DNA of 64,000 nucleotides from Azolla caroliniana (lineage: Eukaryota; Plantae; Polypodiophyta), in NCBI GenBank assembly GCA_043228905.1, contig JBHGNT010000018.1, forward strand, positions 3,968,001 through 4,032,000, written 5' to 3'. The notes under the pieces were generated by a model. The model was not told the DNA's origin. It searched no databases and was given only the letters and a program-made list of their open reading frames with translations. Positions 23,975 through 36,971 of this stretch are shown in pieces; position 1 is the first letter of the stretch; every line of letters starts with the position of its first letter. The translations under genes were made by a program, and so were the position numbers.

Positions 23975-26023
23975 TTATATTGTTAACACGTAATGTTGCA
24001 CATCCATTTGTGTGTAGATGTTAGAGACACAAACACCTGAAGATGTTACATTCTTCCCATCCAATTGCATTATGTGTACAAAAGCTTGTTTTCCGAGCTC
24101 CATATTATTCCATTTCTTGCAAGCGCCCAAGAAGGTAATCCATGTTACAAGGTTAGGTTGGTAGGGCATCATCATAATCATCATAACAACATTTCCCAAT
24201 TGACCTGCACGACCAAGTATATCCACCAGGCAAGTATAATGCTCGAAAGATGGTGTCATACCATGGTCTTTGCTTAGGTATACATATGCCTCGTCTATTA
24301 AACCTGCATGACTACATGCATTAAGTATAGAAACCAATGTAAGCATATGCGCTTTTTGGTCTGCATTCCTCATTTGGTTAAATGTAAGAAAAACTTCTTC
24401 ACATTCACCAAGATGAGCATATCCTGTCAACAATGATGTCCACGAGATTACATCTTTCATTGGTAGATTATCAAACACTTGTCGTGCCCTTGAAACCAAA
24501 CCACAATTTACATACATATCAATCAATGCATTTCCAAGAAGAAGATCACGCTCTAATAATTCTTGCTTCACAATCTTTGCATGTACTTCTTGACCCTTTT
24601 GAGAAGCTCCTAAGCTTGCACAAGCCTTCAGGCAACATACAAATGAAATTGCATCAGCGTGTATACCATCTTGATGGTGCATTTTCTCAAAATAGTCTAA
24701 CACTTCATGATTGTAACAAAGATTTGCATATCCTGTTATCAAAGCATTCCAAGAGACCTTGTCTCGAGCATGAAGACTGTCAAAAATTTCTTGTGCTTCC
24801 AACATCCAGCTACAATGGCCATACATATTAATCAATGCATTGCCAATTCCTACCTCTATGTCTAATAATCCTTTCTTGACAACCTCAGCGTGTATTTCTT
24901 GGCCTCTTTCCAAAGCCCATAGGCCGCCACAAGCTTTTAAGGTGCAGATGAAAGTAACACGAGTAGGAATGATGCCTCTTACAAGCATTTGTTCAAAACA
25001 TCGGGAAACTTCATGAAAATGTTTATGAATAGCATAGCCTGTCATAATTGTATTCCAAGATACTACATCTTGAACCGAGAGTGTATCAAATACTTCTCTT
25101 GCTTTTGTTAGAAACCCACATTTGGCATACATATCTACTAATGCATTTCCAATACTGATATCATACCCCAGTAATCCTGTTTTAATAATCTCAGCATGTA
25201 GTTCTTGCCCTTTTTGCATGGCTCTCACATTACTACTACCACTACTGCAAGCATTCAGACTACAAAGAAATGTGACAGAATCTGGAGGAATAGCTTCATA
25301 TTGCATCTGTTCATAACAATTTAGTGCACAGTCAGAATATCCATGAATCACATACCCCATTATTAGTGCATTCCATGATACCGTGTCTCTTATTTTAAGT
25401 TCATCAAATACTGCTTGTGCTTTTACGAGTGCGCTACATTTTGCATACATATCCACCAAAGCATTGCCTATTCTGAGGTCGTTTTCTAGAATTCCATTTT
25501 GAGTGATTTGAGAATGTATCTGTTGGCCTTTATCTAAAGTGCCTGTGATAGCACAAACTTTCAAACAGCAAAGAAATGTAATTACATCGGGAGAGACACT
25601 CTCTATTTGCATTCGATCATAACAAGTGAATGCTTCATCGACATACCCATGTTTGGTATACACAGCAATTAGCATTGTCCATGTGACTACATCTCGAGCT
25701 GAAAGCTCCTCAAACACCATACATGCTCTTCGCAACAAACAACATTTAGCATACATACTGAGCAACGCATTGCCAAGGAAAATGTCTCCTTTGAGAATTT
25801 CTTTGATTTTGATAGCTCTATGTATCTCTTCTCCCTGAGCTATGGCTCTAATGGCAGTGCATGCTTGCAAGGTAAAGGCAAATGTGACATTATTTGGAAT
25901 AAAACCTTCCAATTGCATTTGTTTGAAACAGTTAAGCGCCTCAAGAGCATGCCCGTGTTTGGCATATTGTGCAATTCTCACATTCCATGAGACAATATTT
26001 ATTCCACCATCCTTAATAAACAT
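23975..26023 (-). CDS. PLS-class pentatricopeptide repeat protein ending in E1/partial E2, no DYW domain (organellar RNA editing factor type)
   Basis: Intronless 682-aa ORF with repeating P-L-S triplets (VSWNALI.GY / VTF.C.LKAC / IGNALVDMYAKCG), then HYTCLVDILGRAG and an E domain (VTWITFLGACKKW..SNIYT). Confidence 0.93.
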   Translation of the reverse strand: MFIKDGGINIVSWNVRIAQYAKHGHALEALNCFKQMQLEGFIPNNVTFAFTLQACTAIRAIAQGEEIHRAIKIKEILKGDIFLGNALLSMYAKCCLLRRACMVFEELSARDVVTWTMLIAVYTKHGYVDEAFTCYDRMQIESVSPDVITFLCCLKVCAITGTLDKGQQIHSQITQNGILENDLRIGNALVDMYAKCSALVKAQAVFDELKIRDTVSWNALIMGYVIHGYSDCALNCYEQMQYEAIPPDSVTFLCSLNACSSGSSNVRAMQKGQELHAEIIKTGLLGYDISIGNALVDMYAKCGFLTKAREVFDTLSVQDVVSWNTIMTGYAIHKHFHEVSRCFEQMLVRGIIPTRVTFICTLKACGGLWALERGQEIHAEVVKKGLLDIEVGIGNALINMYGHCSWMLEAQEIFDSLHARDKVSWNALITGYANLCYNHEVLDYFEKMHHQDGIHADAISFVCCLKACASLGASQKGQEVHAKIVKQELLERDLLLGNALIDMYVNCGLVSRARQVFDNLPMKDVISWTSLLTGYAHLGECEEVFLTFNQMRNADQKAHMLTLVSILNACSHAGLIDEAYVYLSKDHGMTPSFEHYTCLVDILGRAGQLGNVVMMIMMMPYQPNLVTWITFLGACKKWNNMELGKQAFVHIMQLDGKNVTSSGVCVSNIYTQMDVQHYVLTI

Positions 26024-26489
26024 TTCCTCTGCCTTTTATCGAAGGGAATCATATTTTCGAATACTCATCGATCAGTACAATAACGAGTATTAATCACATA
26101 TACATACATATACATATAGACACACATGTGTGTGTAAATATACAAATACACACAACTATCGATCAGTGGGTTTGGCATTAATGAAATGTGATTAGCATCA
26201 GAACATGTCTTTCTGGGCTCTGTTCCACAGCTTTTTATGTGAGATGACACACATAAATATTGATATGCATTATCAAATTGCTGATGGTGATAATGATCCA
26301 ACAATTTTCCTTGATGTTGCAACTTTTTCTGTTGACTATGAAAATGATACAACATTTTCCCAGGCCCCTTGAAACAACTACCCCAACATCAATTATGCAC
26401 ATTCTTCAACTCAGTCAGTACAAGGCCTCCGAAGAGTGGCAAGAAAACATTCGAGAGAGATACAAAGAGTCGAATACGATGTGAGCTCA

Positions 26490-26810
26490 CCTTGTCTGCC
26501 ACGAATTCTCGAAAAGGGGATGAGTGTCTTGGGGGGGGGGGAATGTGGACACAAGCCGTGCATTGGCTATCGCCAGTTCGTGCCCTAAGGTGTTGTTGAG
26601 TTAAGTCTCGCATTGAGGGAAACCACCCTAGCGGATTGTTTCCAATACTAAGGTTGGAACCCTACACATACCACCGAAGATAAGCCCGCGGAAGGTGGAC
26701 ATGATGACAAGTCAGCATGTCCCTTGCGCCTTGGCGAGACACCACATTGCCCCAATGGTTCACAAGACGAAGAGCCGAGACCCCCCCTGTGGAGGCAAGC
26801 TAAGCTCAGG
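26490..26810 (+). pseudogene. Highly degraded plastid 16S rRNA fragment (NUPT)
   Basis: Colinear with remembered chloroplast 16S: GGACACA, GTGCAT.GGCT, TCGTGCC.TAAGGTGTTG, GTTAAGTC.CGCA, TTGGAACCCT, GATAAGCC..GGAAGGTG, ATGA..CAAGTCA.CATG.CCCTT. The GCC.TAAGG and GGAACCCT variants are plastid-type. Confidence 0.75.
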
Positions 26811-28189
26811 AATGCAACAAATAGTATTTGGCTCTTCAGGGGGTTGTTATCCGGGCTACGGCTCGTAACCTTCGCCGACAACCACGATGGCCCCGCACGC
26901 ACTAGAGGGCTAGAGACTACTACCCTGCCCCACCCTTGAGGTCTTAGAAGCGGCCTCCACACTTGCTTTGGAAGCAAATATATTTTTTATTCACAAGATC
27001 CATTCTAAGTAAGAAGAAGAAGTTATGAAGAAAAGGTGGGAGATAGGAAGAATTTGGCTCATCGGATTTGTGGGTGAGTCTATTTAGGTCTACGGCCAAG
27101 ATTTCAACAATTCCTCGGTGTGACTAATGATTCCTCATTAGGATGGGCCATTTACCCATTACATATATATCTATTTTTCTATCTAGAGAGAGAGACACAC
27201 ACACACACATAGAGTTTCTTTTAAACCCCAACAACTGGCATTGGAGAAAACTTGACCATTTTTTGAATCATTTCGTTTTGAGCCATACCTAGTTGACGTC
27301 TAAACAATGTCGAGACCCATTGTGGAGCTCATGAAGTGGTGAGATTGCTTAAAAAATGAATAGGTAGATCTAAGATCCCTGTCATCATAAGGTTTTGTGA
27401 TCTAGATGGCTAAGTTAGTACTTATTTGAAGCATACACGCTCTTTGTGTACATTGCAAACACTTACTTACTCTCATCTCATGTTACAACATTTTTATATT
27501 GTGTACGTGTTGATATCTTATATGAGATTAGTAGATAATAGGGGAAGAGCGGGTGGTGCGACCCAATAGACTCTCTAAAATATAGTTCATGGCGGTTCTT
27601 ATATAGCTTGCCTTAGTATTAGCTTTCACATGAAGCCGTCAAGTAAACCGTTCTATTGAAGTCACCCAAATAGATCGTGGCCCATAGCCAAAACCTTTAG
27701 ATCTATTCATGGTTCTCTAATGCTCATTGCTCCATGTTGTGCCCTGTTTGTTGTCTTGGCATTTTGCAAGGTGTGATTGTTTATGCATTATGATGCTACT
27801 AAATTGATGGGATAATGTTGGATGCTTTTCGGGTGCAATTGGTTATGCATTAAGATACTGATGTCAAGTTGTGACAAGAGAGGATTCAAAAATAATGAGA
27901 GACGTGGTACATAAGGAACAAATAGAATACATTGAAATCAATTCGCGTGTATGAGTGAACATGGGTATTTTGGACCCGCCCTAAGATCAATGTCAGAAGA
28001 ATGCGTGTTTGAATCACTATTTTCTTTTGAAACACTATGCAATGGAATCTATTTTCTATTGAGTGTGAGTTGCGCTCGGTCATTCAAATAAAGGCAAATT
28101 TTAAAATCCAATAATTACTTGAAATTGGGTTAGGCGACGAAACGAGACGTTATATAAAAACTATATCATATAGCTTTCTTTCTTTTTTG

Positions 28190-28568
28190 CTTACCCTAGC
28201 GGTAAGTTGGTAACACTACTAGCACTACATGCTTGGGTTCGAAAACTCGGTTTTCTCACCTCTCTAGTATTCCATACATATCCCGTTGATTTGCGAGATG
28301 CCATTGTGGAATGTAGGTAGGGTTTGAACCTATGACTTTTTGGTCTCCATCCATATGGGCTCTCTTTTTTTTTTTGCCCTAGTGGTAAGTTGTTAGCACT
28401 ACAAGCACTACATTGTGGGTTCGAAACCCAACTTCTTCACCTTTCTATTATATATTTCTTATATATCTCTTAATTCACTAGATGCCATTGTGGAATGTAG
28501 GGGTTAAACCCATGACCACCTGGTCTCCATTGGGCAACCTTACCAACTGAGCTACATCCATATGGGCA
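28190..28568. mobile_element. Tandem ~185-bp units carrying convergent tRNA-like (SINE-like) heads
   Basis: Plus strand: CCCTAG.GGTAAGTTG....GGGTTCGAAA twice. Minus strand: GGATGTAGCTCAGTTGGTAAGG...GGTCATGGGTTTAACCCC at about 28490-28559. Confidence 0.45.
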
Positions 28569-29215
28569 TGGGCGCTCTCTCTGTGGGTCAATATTGGACT
28601 CTCTATGGTGGCTAAAAAAGATGTATATATGTATCTCATGCCATTTGGCATTGACTTGGTGGTTTGCACCATGACATATGACCCTGGTTCCATCCTCGTG
28701 ATGGTCATACAGGTAGCCAATTGGCCGATCTCTTCATGGAATGGCCGGCCTCGGCCGCCCGACCCGACGGAAGTCTCCGGAAAGGAGGAGGAGGGGGCCC
28801 ATCCATATATTTTTGCTGGAATCTCAATCAAGATTCAAACTCACCACCACCACTAATTTACAATAATAATAATAATAATAATAATAATTATTATTATTAT
28901 TATTATTTATTTATTTTGGGCCATTTCTTTTTGTTTTTCTGCGGAAAAATGCACACAAAAATTGAATTCCCGAGTTTATTTATTTATTTATTTATTCCTG
29001 TAATTTTTTGGTGGCCATGGAGGAGCCACAGTCTCTCACGTAAAACCAGAGAAAGAAACCCTAATCAGACTCCTCAGAACCCCATCTCCATCTTCCATCT
29101 CCATCTCCATCTCCTTCACCTTCTCTCTCTCTCTCTCTCTTTTTCCATCATCATCTACGCCTTCTTCTTCTTCTTCTCTTCTTCTCCTTCTTTCGATCCT
29201 GATTTGGAGGAGGCC

Positions 29216-30509
29216 ATGGCTGCAGCAACGACATCCACATCTTGCACCCCGCGAACGAACATCTCATTCTCATCTCTGATCACCAGCACCGCCACTGCCA
29301 AAAAGAGAAAGAATGGCGTGCTCCAGCAGTGCCCCTTCCATGTCGCTTTACTCAGATCATCGCCATCATTACCATCACCATCACCATCGCCGTCACCGTC
29401 ATCGTCATCACCTCCTTCTTTTTGCAGAAGTTCCTTCAATTCTCCATCGATCTTCAAAGCTATGGTTTCCAATGGTTATAATCGCACAAGATCCTCCCTG
29501 CACCAGGATCGACATGAACAGATCACTACCTCTGAATCGATGCCTGATTCTACTTCTTTTCTTCATCGGCATTTGAAATTCTTTTGTTTGGCTTTAACCT
29601 CTGTAGCAGTTTCTGCTGCTTTGCTCATTCACCCTCTCACGTTTGATGAAGAGGCGATGGCTGCAGAATCCCTCACCATCACGTTTCCTGCTTCCAAAAT
29701 CCGTGAGGTACTGCTGTAAATTCTTCATTTTCCTTTGTCAAGCTCCGTTACTAGATATCTCCAGGTATAAACAACGAAGCAAAAAGACAAATCTATGTAT
29801 TTTATCTCAAATAAAAAAAGATGAGAGAAAGAATCGGTAGTTTAGTGATTGAAAGTAAAGAGATGTTAATTGCGTGACTAGAGAGATCTGTGTCACTTTA
29901 TGCTTTGAAATTGAGGGAAATGGCCTGTAAATTTCGTTCTTCCCTTCTCTAGCTCCTTCTACAACATATCTCCAGGTATAAGAAACGAAGAAGTGAAATA
30001 GACGTCTTTTTTTTATGGTCTTCCTCGTTGATGTTTCTGCACTGGCAGTCTCCATCAGTATCATCATTATCATTGAAACCTGGAAGGTAATAGCATAAAG
30101 AATTGCATTTAAGTTATTTTTCCTTATCCTTTTCGTTCTACTGGATATCTGATTAGAGATATAAGCCATGAAGAACGCAAATTTCTTACTTAAGGAAATA
30201 GAAAGAAAAACGTTGTTAGTTCATTGTTGATCTAGAGATGTAAAAAAAGAATAATAAGATATTTGCGAGTCCCCTGCTTCAAATTTTTGGGAAATATGGA
30301 AAAAACAAAAAACAGAGAGAAAAGATTGCTAGGTTAGTAATAAGTATTGGACTAGAGATATTAAGAAGAAGAGAAGTTTGCATGCTAATTTCATGCTTCT
30401 GGGAGGAACTCTTTTCTTTTTCCATATCCTTGTAGTTATTTCTTGGTATAAGTAAGAGAGGATCGAGCATCAAGAGGCAAGGAAAAAGTACTGTGCTTTG
30501 GATGTTTAC

Positions 30510-30554
<45 letters not shown>

Positions 30555-33500
30555 TTGCTAATTCTGTTGATTTTCATTTGGAAAAGAGAGAAATCATTGT
30601 TAGTTTCATGATTCACAAATCGAGGAGATTCCATCATATTTTCCTTTTCCAACTGCTTGGACAAATCGGATCCAGGTAGCAGTGAAACAAAAGGTTGCTC
30701 ATTTAGTGTTGAAATGAAGATGTTAAGAAAAAAAGACATCTTTGCTAATTTCTTGTAGATTTGATCTCTATGCCCTAAGCTTCCTAGAGGCCTTTACAAC
30801 TCTGACGTGCACTACAATTATGCCTGTTTTTTGTGGATAAAGGAAAATCTTCCTTTTCCCATGACGATTCCATTGTGTTGGAATGGAGATGTTCAGAAAA
30901 GGAGAGGCCTTTGCCAGTTTGCTGCTGGAATCGATGTTAAGAGAAAGATAGATGTTTCTTGTATGATTGACATGTGTGTCCATAGCATCCGAGAGGCTTT
31001 GGTGACCCAGGAGTGAATCAAGAGAATTCCTTCTTTTTGTACAACCCCCACCCACATGCACGCAATTGCCCGTCGTTTCATAGTTGATTACATTAACATT
31101 TTTCAAACGTTTCACATTATCAGGTGATTGCTGCACAGAAGACACTCATTGAGACATGGGGACTAATCAGGGAGACCTACGTTGATCCCACTTTCAATCA
31201 CCAAGGTTTGTCTCCTCCTTGGTGTGGCCTCCATTTTTCCTAGGTTTAGAGTTGATGGACAAAGGACAATGGCAACATCCTCAAAATATGTAACAGAATA
31301 AGACTAGGTTTTGGGAATCTCTGAAGAGGAGGTAGAGGAAGAAGCGGAGGAGGACAAAGATCCAATGAAACAACACTATACCTTTAAAAAAAGTTTCTGG
31401 AGAAAGAATAGCAGAAGGAGAAGGTTTTTCCTCATCTAGCCATGGATAACATTCTTCTGAAGGCTTGAAACTCCTTGGAAATTCTTTTATTGATCCTGAA
31501 ACTGTGCCTTTGTGATTTACATTAGTTTCTTTTTATTGCTGTGTAATATCAACTGCCCATATTAATTTGTTATTGTTGCAGACTGGGATTTGAAGCTTGG
31601 AGAAACCATGTCTCAAATACTCCCTGAGAAAACAGCAGATGCCGCATACAAAAAAATCCAAAGCATGTTGGCTACCCTTGGTGATCCTTTCACACGCCTT
31701 GTTAGTCCACAGGTATATATTCTGATCAGATTTCAACTTTCCAATAGTCCACTTACTTTATTAGTATATCCATGCTCTAGCATATGCATTCTATGTCTTT
31801 TACCTTCAGCTGATTATTAGAGCTTTGTCTGCATAAGTGTCTTACCTACTCTAGATATCTCTCACACTTTCACAGGAGTATCAGAAATTCAAGATAGGCA
31901 ACGATGGTGCTCTCGAAGGTGTTGGCCTTCTCATTGCATCTGACCGTGACACCGGCCGCCTGGTATTTCGCCTATCTATGTCTCCAGTTTTACTTAAAAT
32001 TCAATCACCAAACTTTTAGCGAGATTTCCACTGAGACGGATTGTCAGGTTGTAATCTCTGCACTTGATGGTGGTCCAGCTGCTAGGGCTGGAATACAGTC
32101 TGGTGATGAACTTCTGCAAATAGATGGTAATTCTCAAACTCCCTTTTTTCTTATTTTTTGTGCATTGATAGAGAGCTTGTGTGAAAAAATTGTCATGCTA
32201 ACCATTCATGAATCACATGTCTTGTCCATTCACAGATGAAATGTTGGCAGGAATGGATGGTGAAAAAGCAGCATCAAAATTAAGAGGACCTGCTGGAACT
32301 CCAGTAAAGCTAAAAATTCGTCGAGATGTATGATTCTACATGATCATGGTTATATTTAGCACTCTAAAGTCCAAACTAAAACCTACATTTGTGGTATTTA
32401 ACAGGGAGTTCTGAAAGATCAGGAGAACACAGAATTGACTGAGGTGTAATGACATTTATGTAAAACTTCAGTCGAAAATTGTTATTCTTGCTTTGGCTAT
32501 TGTTGATCGTACGGAAAATGATGGATAGAATTTTGAATCATGACGATCTATGATATTCTGTATATCTAAATCACATTGTTCAAGTTTCAGGTGAGAATAT
32601 TACGAGAGAGTATCACACTTTCACCTGTTTCCACAGCAGTCCTTTCCCACGTGACACCAGATGGACACTTGGCAAAAACAGGATATCTCAGATTGACTGC
32701 TTTTTCTCAGGTCTTGATTTTACTATGCATAGTTAAGCTTTGCTTGTGGACAGTTTGTTGTTCCTTTGCATGAATGTGCAATGCTATTTTCTCCTTTGAC
32801 TTAGAATGCTGCAGCTGATATGGAAAAAGCCATCTCTGGTCTTGAGATCGAAGGTGCAGATTCTTACATTCTTGACTTGCGCAATAATCCTGTAAGCTCT
32901 CAAAAATTTGTTTATCACTAATACCCATTCAGGGGAATACATTTTCTGTTTGTGATACCACCTGTATCAAGGAGAAAAAGTAATTTTTGGAAGAACACGA
33001 CTAATCTTCAAACTGTGTTTGGTATTTCGCACAGGGTGGACTGGTGAAAGCTGGTTTGGATGTTGCCCAAATGTGGCTAGATGGTGATGAAATTCTGGTC
33101 AATACTATAGATAGAGATGGGAATACCCTACCAATAAGCCTCGAGAATAGCCATGCCTTGACACATGATCCTCTTGCTGTTCTGGTATGTCCTTTAACAA
33201 TATGCACGTTTCTAGCCCTCAACCTAGATATGGCTTTTGTACTGATACCAAAGAATGAACGAATTATGTTAGGTGAACGGAGGTAGTGCGAGTGCTAGTG
33301 AAATTCTTGCTGGAGCTTTACATGATAATGGACGAGCCATTCTTGTTGGCACAAAAACATTTGGTAAAGGAAAGATACAGGTATAGAAATGCCTTCTGTA
33401 TATGCTCACATTGGGAGTGCTTGTTTAAGTGTTTGGGAAAGAGGTTCTAAAACACTTCAGGTTGTTGACAGTTTGAACTTCCATTGCCAGTGGAATATAT

Positions 33501-33902
33501 TATAAATGAAACAAAATCCTGCTATAGATTTGTAGTATTTCCATTATTTCGCGTACGAAAAGGGAACTTGACCGATCAATAATGAAAACCTTTTTGTTAC
33601 ACTGATTTTGTATGTGTGGTTTTGTGTTCAATAAGAAGATGGTTGATTCACCATTTTGACCCTTAAAACAGAGTGTCACAGAGCTCAAGGATGGATCTGC
33701 GCTGTTTGTAACTGTTGCGAAGTACCTTTCACCATCATTACATGAGATAGATCAAGTGGGTATAACACCTGATGTGCTGTGCTCTCCGGGAGATGCCACT
33801 ACAACCAGTGCTGATTTACTTAAAGGTGCATCATCAGCCACATCCCAAATAGAGCAAGATTCTTGCATAGTTGCAGCTGAGCATCAACTTGGTGTCTTCT
33901 AA
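29216..33902 (+). CDS. CTPA3: Carboxyl-terminal processing peptidase (S41, PDZ), chloroplast, At3g57680/CTPA3-like; 12 exons
   Basis: Approximate exons: 29216-29707, 31124-31205, 31582-31712, 31876-31962, 32048-32126, 32235-32327, 32405-32443, 32591-32710, 32805-32891, 33034-33184, 33273-33380, 33672-33902. Motifs [49 protein letters not shown] (catalytic Ser), TFGKGKIQ (catalytic Lys). Confidence 0.92.
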
Positions 33903-36215
33903 ATCACATCTAAAATCCCACTTGTATGTACATACACATATTCTTTCAATGCAAATTTATGTAACTGTAAGCCATAGTACCAGTGCGGCTCAGCACATTC
34001 TTCTAGATTCTGAATCAAAAGAATCTGTAAATATGCCCCAGAATGGGCAAAACAGATCAACTTGATCCTGTATAGTAGTAGTGTGAGTATGTATATTTGG
34101 TTTCGAATGAAATTCAACGTCCAGGTTGAAATGGGGATACATGACTTTCTCTCTCGATTGATCAATTAATTCACCTACATTTGGGCAAATGCTAATAATA
34201 CTAAATTTTCTTACAATTTTGTGGGGAAGCCGGTACTGGGCCAACTATTTTTCTGGAGGAGTCATACTTGAATGAAGACGTTAGCTAAACATATTAAGCA
34301 ATAATTATAAATTCATTAACAAATTCATGTTCTATTTCCATGACCAAGTTTGAGGTGAATCAATGTGGCTTGAACATGCCGCATGCAGGAGATGGTAAAA
34401 TATCGATATATGGATTATCCACTCTCAGCGAGCGAAGGTCTATGAATGCAAGGAGAAAGGATCGCGATATGATTGTAGAAGCACAGTACATCAAAAGGAT
34501 TGGTCCAAAACACAAAATCAAGCTAAGCTATTATAGCTATCTTGTTCATGGATGGAGATGTGATTGGGGCCATGAGAAATGAGAGTGATCAGTGGGATAC
34601 GAGCCATGGCACCTTGCCCAATCATTAGCACACTGGTGTTATAATAAACGCCTGGGTGTGAAATGAAGGCTCCCAACCGGAGATAAGGATTGTTGGGTTG
34701 GCATTTCACTAGGACCGATTGTCCATGCATTAGGGTGAATTGTGGACCTTCCCATATTTCACTATATCGCCTTTGTAGCGTGATGGTCTCACCGCTCATG
34801 TTTACTACACGTGTGAAACCTCTCTTCTTCTTCATCATCATCATCATCTTCTTCTTCTCCTGGTGATGGTAGTTGTTGTCATGGTTGTCAGATCTGCAAA
34901 TAGGTGAAATACATGAATATATGAATCTTAACTTATAATCGAAATAAGAGTCTTGCTTTTCCATTTCATACGGTGCCATGTCTCAGGTAGCTTTAACTCA
35001 GAATCAAGGGTTTTAATCTCAGGAAGGCTTCTCCAAAATACCTAAAAAAGTCTGCATATGTTGAGATGATGTGCGTGTGTGGCCTTCTTTTATTGTGGAG
35101 TTCTCTACTATACTTGGCTAAGTCAAGTCTTAGAGAAAAGTTGAAGAAGCTTCTCCTTGTAAATAAAGAAAAGTTGAAGAAGCTTCTCCCCTTTTTGACA
35201 ATTTGTGTTAAATATGTATATATAATAAATAGCCTGAGGTTCCACAATTTGTCTTAAATTACTGTTATTTCCCGGATGCTGCCAAATTACTGTTATTTCC
35301 ACAAATGCCCCCTGAAAAGAAAGAAAGATGGGGATGGAATTGACTACATAATTGAGTGAGGAAACGAGATGAAACTGACAACATGAGTGTGCTTAAATAT
35401 AGCACATATAAGTACACTCAAGGGTATTTAAGGAAATAGCAAAACATTAGGGGCAGTTCGGTAGAGATCAAGAGGAAGCTCAAGGGGTGCTTTAGGGTTT
35501 GAAGTTTGAACCATTGCAATTGAGGGCGATGGGCAATTGGTCATTTCGTGTTCTACTACCACAGATCAGGTTGGAAGTATCCAACCGGAAGAAATAGCCC
35601 TTCAGTTGAGGTCTCCCAATTCGGAAATAGTTGCTCCCTCAAGGAGAGCACAATACAAATGAAAGTTGTTGGTTGCATCTTGGGGTGGGGCCATTGTTCG
35701 GCCTCCATGGTAGAATCATTCGCGTAGGTCCTAAGAGACGATAGCTCACCTTGGGTCAAACGATAGCAATTAGAGTCCACTTATTCCTAGCATGTGATCC
35801 ATGTCCGTGCATAGGTAACTTAAGTGTAGGGATAAGATTTTTACCAACTGTTTGCTAATGGATTTTGTCCCATTCTCTACAAACCTCCCTTAGAGGTAGT
35901 TTCATTGCTTGCTGAACAATCTTAATCAACTTTCTCATTTCATTGAGTCATATAAAGTGATGAGCCCACAAATCTTCTTTTGTTTTCACTTGGATTGTCC
36001 ATTCTTTCTACCCGATTTGTGGCAAAGAAGATGTTGACTAAACAAAAGAGATAAGTTTTTTATTTTGTAGTTAGTGATTCGGACAAACGAGAGTAGGTTA
36101 AAATAATCAATCCTTTTGGTAATATATTGGATTAACAACGTGTACAAGACTGTTAATCCTAGGGCCGGACAACAGCCTAACACAGGGTGTCCACTTAAGA
36201 CACTTCACCAAAGGG

Positions 36216-36971
36216 TGTTACGGTAATTCCATGGCTACTGCATGAAGATAGAAACGAATCTCTCGTTTCATGAGGGGACGAACTCAACCCCGACAGTAAT
36301 CTCTTCAGATCTTTTCGCCCGTGGATTCAGTACCAAAAAAGAACTATCCATCTCTAACATAAAAAAAATTTAGGTAGGCGTGATGGATACACGGTGGGGG
36401 TGGCTTTCTATTACTGGCGGAGGAGAACAGGTTTCGGAGAATGCTCAGAAGGCATGGGAAAGCCTTCACGTTCTCGCCGGAGGAGATTGGGTGCGTGGAC
36501 CCGACGACCATCGAACCGATGGTGATCTTCATGGTACCGCATGTACCGTGGAATCTCAAATCGATTCCGGTGCCGAGAGTTACGGCAAGGTGACTTACGG
36601 CACAACGCTTAATTAGACCTTAATGGATTACTTAGCCAAACATCATTAACACGCGTAAGGTATAACAATAAGTACATAACGGTAATCAACACTGAAAGAT
36701 TAAGGCAATAAGTTCTATTAATTATCTGTTGTCGATTACATTGTAACCGGGCCTTTATATAGGTCTCCGGTGTGAAGTACAAAATGGTGCCAACCAACAC
36801 CTTTTCGGGATCGGTCCGGATCCGAATCGGCATACTGATTCCGGTCCATCCGTCCACATCTTCTCAAATATTAAAATATATTAAGACTAATAATTACAAC
36901 AGTTCCCGAATAACTATTCCTTTCACACTCTAGTCTGGACCTCCTTAAGCCTTCTTGCCGGCCGGGTAACA
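36216..36971. mobile_element. Rearranged LTR-retrotransposon remnant containing a gypsy pol fragment
   Basis: TGTTAC...GTAACA termini. 36394-36583 is clearly homologous to pol at about 63497-63689 in this window. Minus-strand CCTATATAAAGG near 36752-36763. Confidence 0.6.

Noticed and set aside
26531-26961. Polypurine tract followed by a TGTGGA...TCCACA LTR
   Set aside because: The sequence on both sides of the supposed LTR start is colinear with plastid 16S rRNA, so the termini are probably coincidental.
35180-35490. Possible Mutator-like TIR pair, with a similar tract at 53950-54050
   Set aside because: The inverted match is short and patchy and no TSD was found.
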